Source: Eledone cirrhosa (Eukaryota). From it: a stretch of DNA of 64,000 nucleotides. This document shows positions 14,430 through 28,404 of this stretch, in pieces. Where the stretch lies: positions 21,762,001 to 21,826,000 of the forward strand of contig OZ024745.1 of the NCBI GenBank assembly GCA_964016885.1, in the 5' to 3' direction. Both the position numbers and the translations under genes were made by a program. Under the pieces are notes generated by a model that was not told where the DNA came from, made no database searches, and saw only the letters and a program-made list of their open reading frames with translations. The stretch's first letter is position 1. Each line of letters begins with the position of its first letter.

Positions 14430-14590
14430 AACCGGCAGAAGACCCGGGGCCAGATCCCGAGCAACATGGTTGAGTAACATCCATGAACTGGGATGGTCTC
14501 GCTTGTGGATCCAGTAGGACCAATTGGAGATGGTTGCTTCTGACAGAACCCGTTGGAAGAAATGTATTTTTTTATCGTTAGAAGAAGACA
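14430..14590 (+). pseudogene. RTE LINE ORF 3' relic
   Basis: RRPGARSRATWLSNIHELGWSRLWIQ*DQLEMVASDRTRWK resembles the RTE terminus RP.GRPR.RW..LA.DR..WR. Confidence 0.55.
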
Positions 14591-14816
14591 TGATACTATA
14601 TACATTCAACAAATTAATTGATGATGTTAAAAAATAAAAACACATTCCACAACGAAACATGAAATAAAACAGTGCAGAGTAAAACCTTAACGAACCTTCA
14701 TTGATCAATTCTCAGAAGATACAAACCTCAGCAAGGAGCAATTGCCAGGAGTACTGGAAAATCGTGAATTGGGGAGAGACTTTGTTAGGTAATATTCGAC
14801 TGTGGTCGCAGTGATG

Positions 14817-14884
<68 letters not shown>

Positions 14885-14958
14885 TTATTTATTTATTAAA
14901 ATAACAGATTAAAGTTTAAGCAAAGAATCGGTACTTTGGATTTTAGTCTTCACATTTA

Positions 14959-15052
<94 letters not shown>

Positions 15053-15089
15053 TGACAATAAGAATTTCAGCTGTTTGTAAACTTTATTA

Positions 15090-15176
15090 CATATTACAAT
15101 TTGTTTCCATATCGATCAGCTTTGGTTTGGTAATGTGATCAGATCCCGACTCTTAATCGACACTTCTTCAGCTATG
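15090..15176 (-). ncRNA. Minimal hammerhead
   Basis: Minus strand catag-CTGAAGA-aGTGTCGAT..ATCGATATg-GAAAC AAATT GTA^atatg. Confidence 0.62.
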
Positions 15177-16146
15177 AGAGTTTATATGATATTATAGCAA
15201 ACAAATCCCAGGAATGTTCGACTGTGGTTGCAATGAGGATAATTATTCATATATTGTTATCACGTGAGGGCACATAACTTTGTGGGAAGGGATATTTGGT
15301 TCACGATCGTGAGCTCCATTTCCGACGGCGTGTTGTGTCTTTCAGCAAGACACTTTATTTCATGTTGCTCCAGTCAACTCAGCTGGAAAAAATGTGTTGT
15401 ACCTGTAATACGAATGGGCCAAACTTGTCACATTCAGTTTCATGCTGAATCTCCATGAGAACTACGTTAAGGGTATGCGCATCTGTAGTATGCTAAGTCA
15501 GTTGCACGTTAATTTCACGGATGGACAGTTCAGTTGTTCGTATCAACTGGAATGTTCATCGTTGTAACCGATGGAGAGCCAGTCATGGTTAATCTTATCC
15601 TAAAAACTATTGCGTATTAAGGCTTCATTATAATAAGGACTACTCTTTTGAAGAAGAAATACAGCAGATGAAATATTGGATAAAAGAATACAAGTATTTT
15701 TCACTATATTTTATGATAATGAAAGGTGAAAGATATGACGCGACACGTACATTTTACCTTCTATTTGGCTTCCTAAGTGAGCATTATTGTAAATTCTAAA
15801 TTTAAGAGAAATTCTAAAAATTAACTATATATAAATTTAAAACAAGTGTAAAGCTTTAAGTTTCACAAAGAATTTTTTCCTGCATATATCTAACTATTCA
15901 GCATTCATATTACGTGTAATAATGATTCCGTCGTCTCGATATAAACTATTCTGTAAATGATTAGATTTATCACATAATAAATGTAAAATATTAAGATTAG
16001 TACGCTCACAATTTTCTGCAGTCTCTAGTCTACAAATCGCTACATCAAAGGATTTAGTATGCTTTTTCTTTATTTTATTCTGTAAAATTAGAGAATATCG
16101 CTTATTACACACATTCACATAAAAGTGTGATGTGAGGGTCCACACG

Positions 16147-16205
<59 letters not shown>

Positions 16206-16342
16206 TGATTATTGTATTGAATCTCCTGTTCTCCTTGTTTTGAAACTATACATACATACACACTCACATATGTATATATGTGTGTTGTGTGTGTGTGTCT
16301 GCGTACAGGTATATATATATATATATATAAACACATATATAT

Positions 16343-16379
<37 letters not shown>

Positions 16380-16395
16380 AACATATGTGTATGTG

Positions 16396-16428
<33 letters not shown>

Positions 16429-16763
16429 AGTTATAAAAGGAGGAGACGGAGAAAATCAATACGTAAATCACAGTCTTTAAAATCTTTTATTACCTTGATT
16501 GCAAGCATATCTACACGTAGGTATTTATTTATACACGTACGTACGAGAATGCGAGAGTGTGTGTATATGTGTGTATTGTGTATTTACATGTGTTCACGTA
16601 TATATAATTGTGTAATTGAATGGAGTATGTGCTACAAAGTGTGTATATACTGGCGTTCTCCTACCCGGGAATGCACACGTATGACAGTGTAGGTATAGTC
16701 TTTTAAATAATTATATATTTATTTATTCATTTATCTTTTAAATAAATATAATATATTATACAT

Positions 16764-16866
<103 letters not shown>

Positions 16867-16917
16867 CTAGCGTGTATGTATATACGTATATATATATAAA
16901 TATATAAAGAGAAATAG

Positions 16918-17093
16918 AAGATTTCGCCGTATTTTTGGCTAAAGAAATTTTAGCCTGATAATGGGGTTTAAAACCCTTTAAGAAATGGAAAAAGATGGGT
17001 ATTGACGTCAATACCCATCTTTTTCCATTTCTTAAAGGGTTCTAAACCCCATTATCAGGCTAAAATTTTTTAGCCCAAAATACGGCGAAATCT
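16918..17093. repeat. Near-perfect palindrome centred on GACGTC (17004-17009)
   Basis: Arms of ~88 bp with a few mismatches, flanked by TA-rich tracts. Confidence 0.85.
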
Positions 17094-17234
17094 ATTTCTA
17101 TTTTCAAACCCGCCCGCTGTTTCAAACTAATTTATATAAATATATATATATACATAGCATTATTTAGTTAAATAAATCCACTCCATTTCTCACTTACATC
17201 ACAATATATCAGTTAGTCTTTAAATATATCACAT

Positions 17235-17423
17235 AATAATTGTTTCTACTATTGGCACAAGGCCAGAAATCACCCAGTACATTACTGGTACTTTATTTTA
17301 TTGACCCCGTAAGGATGAAAGGCAAAGTTAACCACGGCAGGATTTGAACTCAGAATGGCAAGGGCCGTAACTCTATGCGTCAACGCATGGCGTCCGAACC
17401 TCTACCGATACTACCAATCACCA
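17235..17423 (-). mobile_element. SINE family A
   Basis: Full head, core and tail. Confidence 0.85.
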
Positions 17424-18947
17424 ATAATAATTAGTAACATTCCACTCTGAATAAGACGTTCAGAACACGACTTAGGTCTAACGAACCTCCAATAATGCAC
17501 TAATAACACACACACACACACACATACACACGCACACATATATATAATATGGATGTGAGTGTATGTATCTATACATATACACAAACACACATATATATTC
17601 GTAGCTTATTCGTATATTGCCGGACGTTTTGTTAACTCTAAATGTCTTATTCCTAGTAAAATGCTATGTTATATATATAGTTGAATGGTTTGTAACTTTA
17701 CGTTAGTAATTATTCACCAGTTTGAGCACTCAATGCATAAATGTATCTGGTTTAGTATTGGTATTGCACATTTGATTTTATACTATTGTCGGTCTCTTTC
17801 ATAAGAAAGAGTGCTCTATATCGACAGTCGATCGACTTTCGTCAAATCGGTCCGAGGAAACAATGTTTCCATTGATCTTTCCAATTGTTGCTAATACTAT
17901 CTATCGGTCGCAACTCCATGTAGAAGGAGCAACGTGAAATAAAGTGTCTTGCTCAAGGACATAACGCATCACCTAGTCCAGGAATTGAACTCACAACCTC
18001 ACGATTGCGAATCCAATTCTCTAACCCCTTAGCCACGCGCCTTCACTGTGTTATATATATATATGTATATATATATATATAATTCAATATAAACAAGACG
18101 AATACAGGGATAGAATAATACGAAGTCTTATTAGTTTATTAGTTTCACGCTTGCTAGAAAAGTAAAAAGAGTATCGTATGTTAGCCTTTCATCAGAAAAG
18201 TGTGAAGAAATAGATGGGATGGGGGGGGGGGGGGGGGGCTAAAATAGGGAGAGAAAGAAAAACAGATGTTTTATGAGATTGGATGTAGTCCAGGATCCAG
18301 TGATGCATGTCGAGGTGGAGAGTTCGTTGTGTCTGTATGTGTGTCTATATTTATTTGTGAGTGCGCGTTTGTTTATACATATGTGTATGTATGTGTGGTT
18401 TAAATCAGTATATGCTGAAGCGTATGGGATTTTCCTATAAATTAGACGATTTAGTTAGTATTAAACAAATACTTACTGTTGAGTTTTCATACAGTTACAT
18501 AAACTACTCAAATTTTATAAAACATATCACGTAAATTGATTTTTCTCTGTCTTACTTCACACTTTGTACTTAAATTTAACGTAAGAAAATTGTCACAAAA
18601 CAATGTTTATTATTGTTATTAAAATTTTGGTTTTTGACTCACGGTAATCACCGAAAAAAATAATCGTTACTTCCCTCAATAAATGCTTTTGAATAATTCA
18701 TAAATTCTAATTGTGTCTGTGTGTGAAACAAAATAACAAACCTGGGTTAAGTGTTATGCAGATTATATGTATTTATGTATACTTATGTACAAGTATAAAC
18801 ACATTGCCACAGTAAAGAAAACACATATATATGTACATATATGTGCGTGTATGTGTGTGTGTCTGTATATATGTATATAGACATACATTCATACATTCAT
18901 ACATGCATACATACATCATAAATACGCATGTATATATATTATATTAT

Positions 18948-19189
<242 letters not shown>

Positions 19190-19748
19190 TATGTGTATAT
19201 ATATCCTTATGTTTGAGTTTAGAATCACGAGACAAAAGTCCTCGATGCCAAATTAGAGAATATTGTATATTTATTAAATTACCGAGGCTTCTCTCAGTTG
19301 GTACTCTGACTTTGGCGGAATGCCATTGGTCATACATACATATTTCTCGTAATGTGTATATATGCGAGTATGTGTATATATGCGAGTATGTGTATATCTA
19401 TGAATTTGATTGTATTACTGTAAGTATGCGTTTGTATTACTGTTATACAATTATATATGATATATTTCGTGTAATTAGTTGACAGATTGGCTAAAAGTAC
19501 CAGTAATACACTGGGATAATTGCTGGCCTTGTGCCAAAATTAGAAACAATTATTAGTGTCTATGACAAAATGGTTTGCTGTATTTGTTCCATCGTTCTGC
19601 ATTCTGTGATTTACTTTTGTGGTAGACATAATCAATTGTTGAGTTTAACAGCACCATTTGATCCTAGGCTACTTTGGAGTCCCAAAAATGTGCCATGTGC
19701 CTAGCTCTTCACCCTGTAATCAAATGTACAAAGGGAAAAGGAAACTAA

Positions 19749-19823
<75 letters not shown>

Positions 19824-19842
19824 ATATATCTATATCTATCTA

Positions 19843-19905
<63 letters not shown>

Positions 19906-19933
19906 ATCTATCTATCTATCTATCTATCTATCT

Positions 19934-22900
19934 GGCCTGGGCTCAACTTGGAAGCAAGCAATGCTTCTAAATGACCTCAGGTCACAACGTATAGATGTGA
20001 TGGTTATTTGCGAGGCCCGGATCAGCAACGTGCGACAGCTGGCCCCCACCTTTGAGGACTTTGAGATGCACGCATCTCTCTGTCAGCCCGGAGGTGGGGG
20101 TGGAGTTGTCGTTCTGCTGCAAAAACATCTGGGTCTCGCAACACAGATGGTACATTTGGACCCAGAGGGTCGACTAGTGGTTCTGGACCTTGGCAGTGGT
20201 AAAGGCGGAGCGTTTAGGTTGGTAGCCGCCTACGGCCCTTTCGGGTCAATGCGGCCGGACTTCTTCCATCGTCTGGAGACTTTTCTAGGGACGTCCCGCT
20301 CCTTGCTATTAGTGGGGGACTGGAATGGTATCCTAGATGCACGCTGGGACTACGTAGGGGCCTGCCCCGATAGAGAGGGGTGTAATAGCCTCAAAGGGTT
20401 AATCGGTCGATTTGACCTGGCCGATAGATATCGACTAGATTTTCCGACTGCGCCAACCTGGACTTGGGCAAATCGTAGCGGATCATCTAGGTCGTACCTA
20501 GATAGGTTCTTAGTTAGAATTAAGGATAAGGACTTTTTAAGTTGTCCAAAAATGCGCATGGTTGGCTATTCAGACCACAAATTAGTGACCTGCATGGTCA
20601 ACCTTGACAGAACTCATAGACAGGGCCCCGGTTACTGGAAGCTCAACTTGTCCTTGCCGGCAAGTAGAGCCTACAGGAATCGGATTAGTACGTTAGTTAA
20701 GGAACGGTTGACTGGAGCGATCGTCAACAGCAGGTGGTGGGTATCTCTAAAGAGAGAGATTAGAGTAGTCTCGATAGAATTTAGTAAGGTTCTAGCTGCG
20801 GATAGGAATAGGAAGGAAAGGGAGCTAATAGATAGAGTAGAAGAGGCAATTAGAAGCGGCGACGTGGCCAGAGTGCTAGCGTCGAGAACGGCTTTGAGCC
20901 AGTTTTTCGACGCGAAGCACGAAGGCTGCGTTGTCCGAAGTAAAATACGTGCTCTAGGGAACGAGGGGACCAAAGCTGTTAGCTGGGCCCGCGTGACAGA
21001 GGCCAACAGTGGAACTAAATCCACCATCCGGTCTTTGCGAGACCTGGATGGACGGGCGATTCTTGAGCCTAAGCAGATGTGTGAGGCCTTTCAAAGGCAC
21101 TTTGCCCGACTGTTCGGGAGGGGCGGGGAGCCGGTTGGGAACGTGGACTTCGGTCCATACCTCGACGGCCTGCCGCGCCTCTCGGACAGGGAGGCGAAGT
21201 CCTGCGAGGAGCCGATTTCGGCCGCTGAGATAGAGGACGTGCTGAGCCAATGCGGCAAACGCAAATCCCCGGGTCTCGATGGTCTTCCTTACGAATTATA
21301 TCTAGCTATGCCGGACTTGTTCCCCGATCTCCTCGAGGCGGTCTACTGCAACTGGCAACAGAACGGGAGAATTCCCTGTACTGTGACCAAGGGCGTAGTC
21401 ACGCTAGTGAGGAAGGACGAGAACAAGGGGGACGAAATAAGTAACTTCAGGCCCATAACTCTGCTAAATACAGAGTTACAGATTTTGGCCAAGGTGCTAG
21501 CAAAGAGGTTGGCGCTTGTCGTGGGCAACCTGGTGGGAGATGCGCAGACATGCGCTATCCCGTCCAGGTCCATCCATGACAACCTCCACCTCATGCGATA
21601 CATCATAGAGAGGGTTGGGAACGAACCCGGCTTTGGTGGGGCTCTGATCAACTTGGATCAATCTAAGGCGTTCGATAGGGTCGACCATGGTTACCTGGAT
21701 GCGGTGCTAGCGGCGGCAGGCTTCGGACCCGTTTTCAGGGGCTGGATCACTGCTATGCACAGCAGCCGCATCTGCTCTAGGGTCAAGGTGAACGGCTACC
21801 TCTCGGAGCCGTTCAAAATCGCGCGGTCCATCCGACAAGGGTGCCCTCTCTCCTCCCTTCTGTATGTGTTGACTCTCGAGCCACTACTGCGGAAGTTGGA
21901 GTTGTTGCAGGGCATCCCTTTGGAACCGGGATTGCGGAAAGCGGTGTCGGCCTACGCCGATGACGTGACAGTAATGGTCTCGACGGCCTCCGAAATCGAG
22001 GCGGTCGGCACCTTACTGGAGGAGTACGAAAAGTTCACAGGGGCTAAGCTGAACCGGGACAAGTCGATCGGTTTGCAACTCGGCACGTGGAGGGGCAGAC
22101 CGATGCCCTCCGATAGCGTCGTCGGACGCTGGACGGAGGGCCCGGTGAAGTTGCTCGGGGTCTGGTTCGGACCGGACCTCCAGGTGGAGAAAAACTGGGC
22201 GGAGGTTACGAACAGGGTGTTTGCACTGACCCAGAAGTGGGCCAGTTGCAAACTATCCCTGAAAGGTCGGGCGGAGGTGGCGAACACCTACATAGCGTCC
22301 GTCATCTACTACCGCCTGACCGTAGTACCCTGCCCAAGGGAAACCCTCACCAAGATGGAGCGCGCGCTCTTCCAATTCCTTTGGAAGAGGCGGGCTCCTA
22401 TGGTGAGGAGATCCATCTGCTGTCAACACCCTTCGAAAGGAGGGTTGGGGATGCCGTGGCTAATGATGCGTAAACACGCATTAAGGCTACGGCACCTCTA
22501 CGTATTCCTCACCGGACAACCGGTGTGGGCCTCGTTTGTGAGACGAACCTTTCCCAGACTCGTCTCACTCACCGAGCTGCAATCCTGGGTCAAGCAGAGA
22601 CCGAGAAAACTGGGCGCCTGGCACACTGAGTGTGCCCAGGCGCTCACCGCCCTCTGGCAGGCGGATCCGGTTATCAGTGGAGACTCCACCGCAACATTCT
22701 ATAGAGGGCTGGTACGCAGCAGGTGCGACGACGCCCTCGGAGAAGCCCTAGACATGGAGGAGGACGAACTGGCCAGCCTGTTCGGTAGGACATTCAGCCC
22801 GGGACCTATGGACAACTTCCAGAAGTCCCTGGCCTGGCAGTGCTACCGAGGGGCTTTACCCGTTCGAGAAAGGCTCTACAGACACGGGCGCCCGGGTAGG

Positions 22901-23335
22901 GACCCCGCCAAAAAGATCTGTCCCAGATGCGTGTGCGACGAGGAAACCGTTGCACACGCATTAGTACACTGCTCGGGCGTAGCCGATCTGTGGGGCTATG
23001 TCGAACAACTGCTGTCAAGGGTGGGACCGATCCGGTTGACCACCGAGTCTATTGTAATGATCAAGCCGCCTCCCCCCTTCAAAGATGAAGCAGAGGCGGT
23101 GTTTCTGTGCGTAATAGCCATGGCGAAAGAGGTTGTATGGTGGACGCGTCTGAAAGGACTGAGGTCGGGCACCTTTCTCTCTGGCCAACAACTGGTCCGT
23201 TTCTTCCGATATCATTTCGGAAGAAGGATCAGGATGGAGAGAGAGGTGCTGCACCCCAGCCGTTTCTATGAAAGATGGGTGAAAGTGGCGAGAATGGCCC
23301 GTGTGAATGGGCTTTCACTCTACATCAGACTATAG
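19934..23335 (+). CDS. ORF2: APE endonuclease, reverse transcriptase and C-terminal zinc-binding domain
   Basis: Motifs VGDWN, SYLDRF, YSDH (APE); [39 protein letters not shown] (RT); CPRC..ETVAH..C. No stops. Lacks the first 12 codons seen in the copy at 60828. Confidence 0.93.
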   Translation, partial: GLGSTWKQAMLLNDLRSQRIDVMVICEARISNVRQLAPTFEDFEMHASLCQPGGGGGVVVLLQKHLGLATQMVHLDPEGRLVVLDLGSGKGGAFRLVAAYGPFGSMRPDFFHRLETFLGTSRSLLLVGDWNGILDARWDYVGACPDREGCNSLKGLIGRFDLADRYRLDFPTAPTWTWANRSGSSRSYLDRFLVRIKDKDFLSCPKMRMVGYSDHKLVTCMVNLDRTHRQGPGYWKLNLSLPASRAYRNRISTLVKERLTGAIVNSRWWVSLKREIRVVSIEFSKVLAADRNRKERELIDRVEEAIRSGDVARVLASRTALSQFFDAKHEGCVVRSKIRALGNEGTKAVSWARVTEANSGTKSTIRSLRDLDGRAILEPKQMCEAFQRHFARLFGRGGEPVGNVDFGPYLDGLPRLSDREAKSCEEPISAAEIEDVLSQCGKRKSPGLDGLPYELYLAMPDLFPDLLEAVYCNWQQNGRIPCTVTKGVVTLVRKDENKGDEISNFRPITLLNTELQILAKVLAKRLALVVGNLVGDAQTCAIPSRSIHDNLHLMRYIIERVGNEPGFGGALINLDQSKAFDRVDHGYLDAVLAAAGFGPVFRGWITAMHSSRICSRVKVNGYLSEPFKIARSIRQGCPLSSLLYVLTLEPLLRKLELLQGIPLEPGLRKAVSAYADDVTVMVSTASEIEAVGTLLEEYEKFTGAKLNRDKSIGLQLGTWRGRPMPSDSVVGRWTEGPVKLLGVWFGPDLQVEKNWAEVTNRVFALTQKWASCKLSLKGRAEVANTYIASVIYYRLTVVPCPRETLTKMERALFQFLWKRRAPMVRRSICCQHPSKGGLGMPWLMMRKHALRLRHLYVFLTGQPVWASFVRRTFPRLVSLTELQSWVKQRPRKLGAWHTECAQALTALWQADPVISGDSTATFYRGLVRSRCDDALGEALDMEEDELASLFGRTFSPGPMDNFQKSLAWQCYRGALPVRERLYRHGRPGRDPAKKICPRCVCDEETVAHALVHCSGVADLWGYVEQLLSRVGPIRLTTESIVMIKPPPPFKDEAEAVFLCVIAMAKEVVWWTRLKGLRSGTFLSGQQLVRFFRYHFGRRIRMEREVLHPSRFYERWVKVARMARVNGLSLYIRL

Positions 23336-23598
23336 GTGAGGAAGATGAAAGACCAAGGGAGCACCCCTTCTCTGTGCTCCTGAGGAGAAGGGTTGCACAC
23401 TTTTTTCGGGGGTGTGTGCGACCCCCCAAGGCGCCTCCTCTCTATTGAGGATTTTGTTAAAAATTTTATTTTTTGTTATATCTTATTTTATTTTTATATT
23501 TTGTTATTGCCTCCTCCTTATTGAGGACGCCTTTTTGTGTAAACTCCCCCCTTTGTACTTGTCCCACTTTTGATGCCCTAGTGGCAAATAAAAGAAAT
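19934..23598 (+). mobile_element. Tx1/L1-clade non-LTR retrotransposon, 5'-truncated (ORF2 plus 3' UTR)
   Basis: GC-rich island between (TATC)n tracts. The ORF runs to 23335, followed by a 3' UTR with AATAAA at 23587-23592 that ends directly in (TATC)n. Confidence 0.95.
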
Positions 23599-23599
23599 A

Positions 23600-23634
<35 letters not shown>

Positions 23635-23740
23635 GTATCTACCTATCTACCTATCTATCTATCTATCTGTCTGTCTATCTATCTATCATTTAATCTAGCC
23701 TATCTCTTGTTCGGTATACATACATACATACATACATACA

Positions 23741-23771
<31 letters not shown>

Positions 23772-24230
23772 GGTTCTTATTAAATGTTAATGGTGATTCT
23801 GGAAATACAACCAATAAAAGACCATTTAACACCAGACACAAGAAACATAGTCTAATAAAATAGTACTAACATCGCAGCCCAGTCTCAGCCTGATTGGTCA
23901 ATTCTAAAAACATGGCCTCGTAGTTAAGTGTCATAACAACGAAGACAATATTTTACAGTGACCATTTATATATATACAGTATATATATATGTATATATAT
24001 ATTGTCTATTTGGCTGGTAAATCGAAAGCCTATCGATCTTGTCACCTACGTCTGTTTTGATTATATCTATACTTATGTATGATAATAAAATAAAATAAAA
24101 TAAGTTAAAAAATACAATTGAATTGCTTCTGATATCTACTCTTCTCCGCCGACATACTCCAACCAACCAACCAACCAGCCAACACACCCATACAGAAATC
24201 GGTACATGACAATATGACAAATATATATAT

Positions 24231-24329
<99 letters not shown>

Positions 24330-24420
24330 GAGAGCGAGTGAGACAGAGATATAGAGAGATACATAAATATGTAGATAGATAGATAAGTAGCTAGATAAAT
24401 AGATAACTATTAGGTATGCA

Positions 24421-24464
<44 letters not shown>

Positions 24465-25230
24465 TTTATATATATATATATATGCATGTATATATATACA
24501 TAATACCCAATATTTATCTATTTATCTATCTATATATATATAAAATATGTATATATATATATATATATATACAAGTAAATAAATATAAACAAATATAAAA
24601 AAAAATAAAGTAAAATTCATTTTAGAAGAGTTTCTAAACTCTCATATCTCTTTATTTTTTTGATGTCATTGATTTGCATTTTGTCTGAAATCATTTCGAA
24701 GTTTTCAATGTCTTGGAAGAATAAAACAGAAATGTTTGTAAGCCAATGTCTGTCCTTTGATCAGATATCATCGGCACTGATCTCTTGTAGATAGCCGATC
24801 AGTTGCATTTTTTTCCTTCTTATTTTAAACCTCGACAGCAATATTCGAGAGATTTTCAAACCATAAAAAGATATTGGCGTCCATAGAATAGATTAAAAAA
24901 AAAATAGAAAAAAAATAATAAAAAAATGTCTTTGGTTGATGCTTCGTAGCCATTTATCAGATTCAAAACTGGTGACATGGTGTGTAGAATGTAAATAATG
25001 GCTTCTTAATTTAGGCACAAGGTCAGCAATTTCAGGAAATAGTCGATTAAATTGATTCCAGTTCATTACTGGTACTTATTTTTTCGACCCTGCAAAAATG
25101 AAAGGCAAAGTTGATTTCGGAGGGATTCGTCGGGTCCAGAACCGGAACAAGTACCGCTAAACGTTTTCTCCAAAGCTCTAAGGACGTGGCTATTTGATCG
25201 CCTTTCACACACACACACAAACACACACAT

Positions 25231-25261
<31 letters not shown>

Positions 25262-25267
<6 letters not shown>

Positions 25268-25692
25268 ATTAAATAAATGGAAACTATATTTATAAAACCA
25301 TATTTATTTCGTTATATATATTTCAGGGATATCATATTAACAATATGTTATGCCATCTTCAGACAAAATACAATATAAACAGTCTTATAAATAAATAGAT
25401 ACGACATACCTTTCAATCACCTTGCATTTGGGAGGTCCCAAATGTAAGGTGATTGAAAGGTATGTCGTATCTATTTATTTATAAGACTTTTTATATTGTA
25501 TTTTGTCTGAAGATGGCATAACATATTGTTAATATGATATCCCTGAAATATATATAACGAAATAAATATGGTTTTATAAATATAGTTTCCATTTATTTAA
25601 TATCATAAATATACTCCAAATACTTGTTGAGTGCTTTTATATCAGTTATAAATATTTACTCGTTGTTAACCCAACAATTTAAATATAACTTT

Positions 25693-25695
<3 letters not shown>
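25262..25695 (+). mobile_element. Fold-back HHR element (~172-bp arms, centre ~25434)
   Basis: Near-perfect palindrome 25262-25607. HHR 25499-25564: TATTTTGT-CTGAAGA..GAAA-TATATA-TA^-ACGAAATA. Confidence 0.78.
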
Positions 25696-25742
<47 letters not shown>

Positions 25743-25746
<4 letters not shown>

Positions 25747-26159
25747 CCAAAGATTAATATGATTCATTGATTACTCAATGGATATAGTTTTACAATAGAT
25801 TAAAAGCACTCTACAGTTGGTTTTCTGGAGTTAGTAATATTATTCAAAATAATAATAAATGAATACGTTCACGTAATCAAAATATATGTTTTATTATATA
25901 TATTTCGGAGGTACTGTGCTGTTTTTTCAGTACGCCCTCATCAGATAAAATATATTGATGCATGACATACTTCAACTGTCTTGATGGTTCAATTCCAGTC
26001 TTGGTAGTGATTCATTACAACAAATCTCAATATTTATATACAGAAATAATATATTTTATCTGATGAGGGCGTACTGAAAAAACAGCACAGTACCTCCGAA
26101 ATATATACAATAGAACATATATTTTGATTATGTGAACGTATTCATTTATTAATATTTTG

Positions 26160-26167
<8 letters not shown>
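25743..26167 (-). mobile_element. Inverted-repeat HHR element with a ~90-bp spacer
   Basis: HHR at 25889-25950 (minus) and 26054-26115 (plus): TTTTAT-CTGATGA-gggcGTACTG..CAGTACctcc-GAAA-TATATA-TA^-ATAAAA. Confidence 0.78.
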
Positions 26168-26190
<23 letters not shown>

Positions 26191-26199
26191 ATAACAATA

Positions 26200-26581
26200 A
26201 CAATAATTGTTTCTACTTTTGGCACAAGGCCAGCAATTACCCAGTGTATTACTGGTACTTTATTTTATCGACACCGTAAGGATGAAAGGCAAAGTTAACC
26301 TCGGCGGGATTTGAACTCAGATCATAAAGGGACGTAACTATGCTGGAAAGCATGGCGTCCGACCCTCTACCGATACTGCCAATCCACCACCCTGATAATT
26401 GTTTCTACTTTTGGCACAAGGCCAGCAATTACCCAGTGCATTACTGGTACTTTATTTTATCGACTCCGTAAAGAAGACAGGCAAAGTTAACCTCGGCGGG
26501 ATTTGAACTGAGAATGGCAAGGGCCGTAACTCTATCCGTCAAAGCATGGCGTCCGACTCTCTACCGATACTGTCAATCCAC
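26200..26581 (-). mobile_element. Two tandem SINE family A copies
   Basis: Copies at 26200-26390 and 26394-26581. Confidence 0.85.
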
Positions 26582-26990
26582 GTGTCCGTCTTCAACCCTT
26601 TCAACCTTTCCACCACACACTCTCTTTCACCATGGTCACCAGGCAGATAAAAACTGCCTGCCCTCCCTCCTCTTTAAAGGAGGAAGACGGCGAGACCATC
26701 TGCACAATGGACTCAGTCGATAACCGGATCCGTCCAACACGCGTCAGCAACTGTTCGACATAGCTCCACAAGTCAGCAATGCTCGGGCACTGAACGAGTG
26801 CGTGCAGGACGGTTTCGTCGCCCTGCGCGCATCTCGGACAGGCTCGGCTGACAGCACCTCCGTGCCTGCAGAGCTTATCCCGAACCGGCAACGGTCCCCG
26901 GTAGCACTGCCAGGCCAGGGATTTCTGGAAATTATCCATAGGTCCCAGGCTGAAAGTTCCCTTGAAGAGTGCAAACAGCTGATCGTCTGA
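26582..26990 (-). mobile_element. Tx1 ORF2 C-terminal fragment
   Basis: [30 protein letters not shown] matches the C-terminus of the 19934 ORF2. Confidence 0.9.
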
Positions 26991-27059
26991 TATATATATA
27001 TATATATATATATATTGAGCCCTTTTCGGATTTTAGTCTTCGCACTTATTATAACTATC

Positions 27060-27194
<135 letters not shown>

Positions 27195-27513
27195 ATATAT
27201 AAATATAAGTATATATATATAAATATAAGCATGCACATATATATATGTACGTATGGGTTTACCGAACATTTATAATAATGCTCGGTTTGTTTGTAAACAA
27301 ACAGCCCGAATTATTAGCCGTACAGTGTTCGGCAACCATCGTTGCCATCTTGTTCAACAATGACAAAGGAATGATGAACTAGTTTCTAGCTTCTTAGCTG
27401 TCATCAGCACTGTATACCTCCTGTCAGTTGATTGAACGTTTGAGTATCAGCCGTACTAAGAGTGAGAAATGAAATTTCATTTTTTCCATATATATATATA
27501 TATATATATATAT

Positions 27514-28382
27514 TTAAATTCATAGAAATCTGGGACTTGTTTCCTCCTTCCTCACTTTCTGTTGCCTCACCATTTTGTTTGTTTACCCTCGCGTCCCCTT
27601 TATTTACGTGTCCCAACGACTTTTTTTAGCCGTTGCTCGCACCAACCGGGGGTATATGGTCTTTAAAGCGATGAAATACCTATGATAGTTGGAAGATCAC
27701 TGATGAAGGACAAACTTTTTTCATATGTAACCCATTTGCAACTCCGCAGTGCCCTTATCATATTTACACATATTTTTTCCTCTGCTGCTACACCGTCTTT
27801 TTCGTTCTACGTATCTTTACCCTTTCTAGCAGTCTCTCTCTCTGTTAGCCTCTTCCTCACCTCACCCTTCACTCACTCATTCTCTGTCACTACCTCTCCT
27901 CCTCCTCCTCTTTCTTCCCGTTTCACCTGTGAGTAACTCTTTTCTCTCACATTCTCGGCCAAGCTGGTCGGAATTTTTTCTCTCGCGTCTACGATTTCAC
28001 AGAACTTATGTTTACCGAATTCGCAGACCAGACCCCTTCCTCCTCCCGTTAGACCTGTGCGAAATTCCTTCCTTGCTCACATTTCAACCAGGTTTGATGG
28101 TCTTTATTCTCTCGTTCACGATTTCACCGAACTTAAATTCATAGAAATCTGGGACTTGTTTCCTCCTTCCTCACTTTCTGTTGCCTCACCATTTTGTTTG
28201 TTTACCCTCGCGTCCCCTTTATTTACGTGTCCCAACGACTTTTTTTAGCCGTTGCTCGCACCAACCGGAGGTATATGGTCTTTAAAGCGATGAAATACCT
28301 ATGATAGTTGGAAGATCACTGATGAAGGACAAACTTGTTTCATATGTAACCCATTTGCAACTCCGCAGCGCCCTTATTATCA
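27514..28382 (+). mobile_element. Partial tandem element (period ~619 bp); family also at ~29200-29540 (+), ~39770-40130 (-) and ~56840-57060 (-)
   Basis: Direct repeats 27514-27762 and 28133-28381 between (TA)n, sharing a core that ends in ATCA-CTGAYGA-RGGAC. Confidence 0.75.
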
Positions 28383-28404
28383 TATTTATACATATATATA
28401 TATA

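Noticed and set aside
19658-19933. N-terminal extension of the 1225-aa ORF
   Set aside because: Chance read-through across (TATC)n and (TA)n. Homology to the other copy starts at 19934.
20350-23254. Antisense and alternate-frame ORFs within the Tx1 elements
   Set aside because: Shadow ORFs of GC-rich coding sequence with no motifs.
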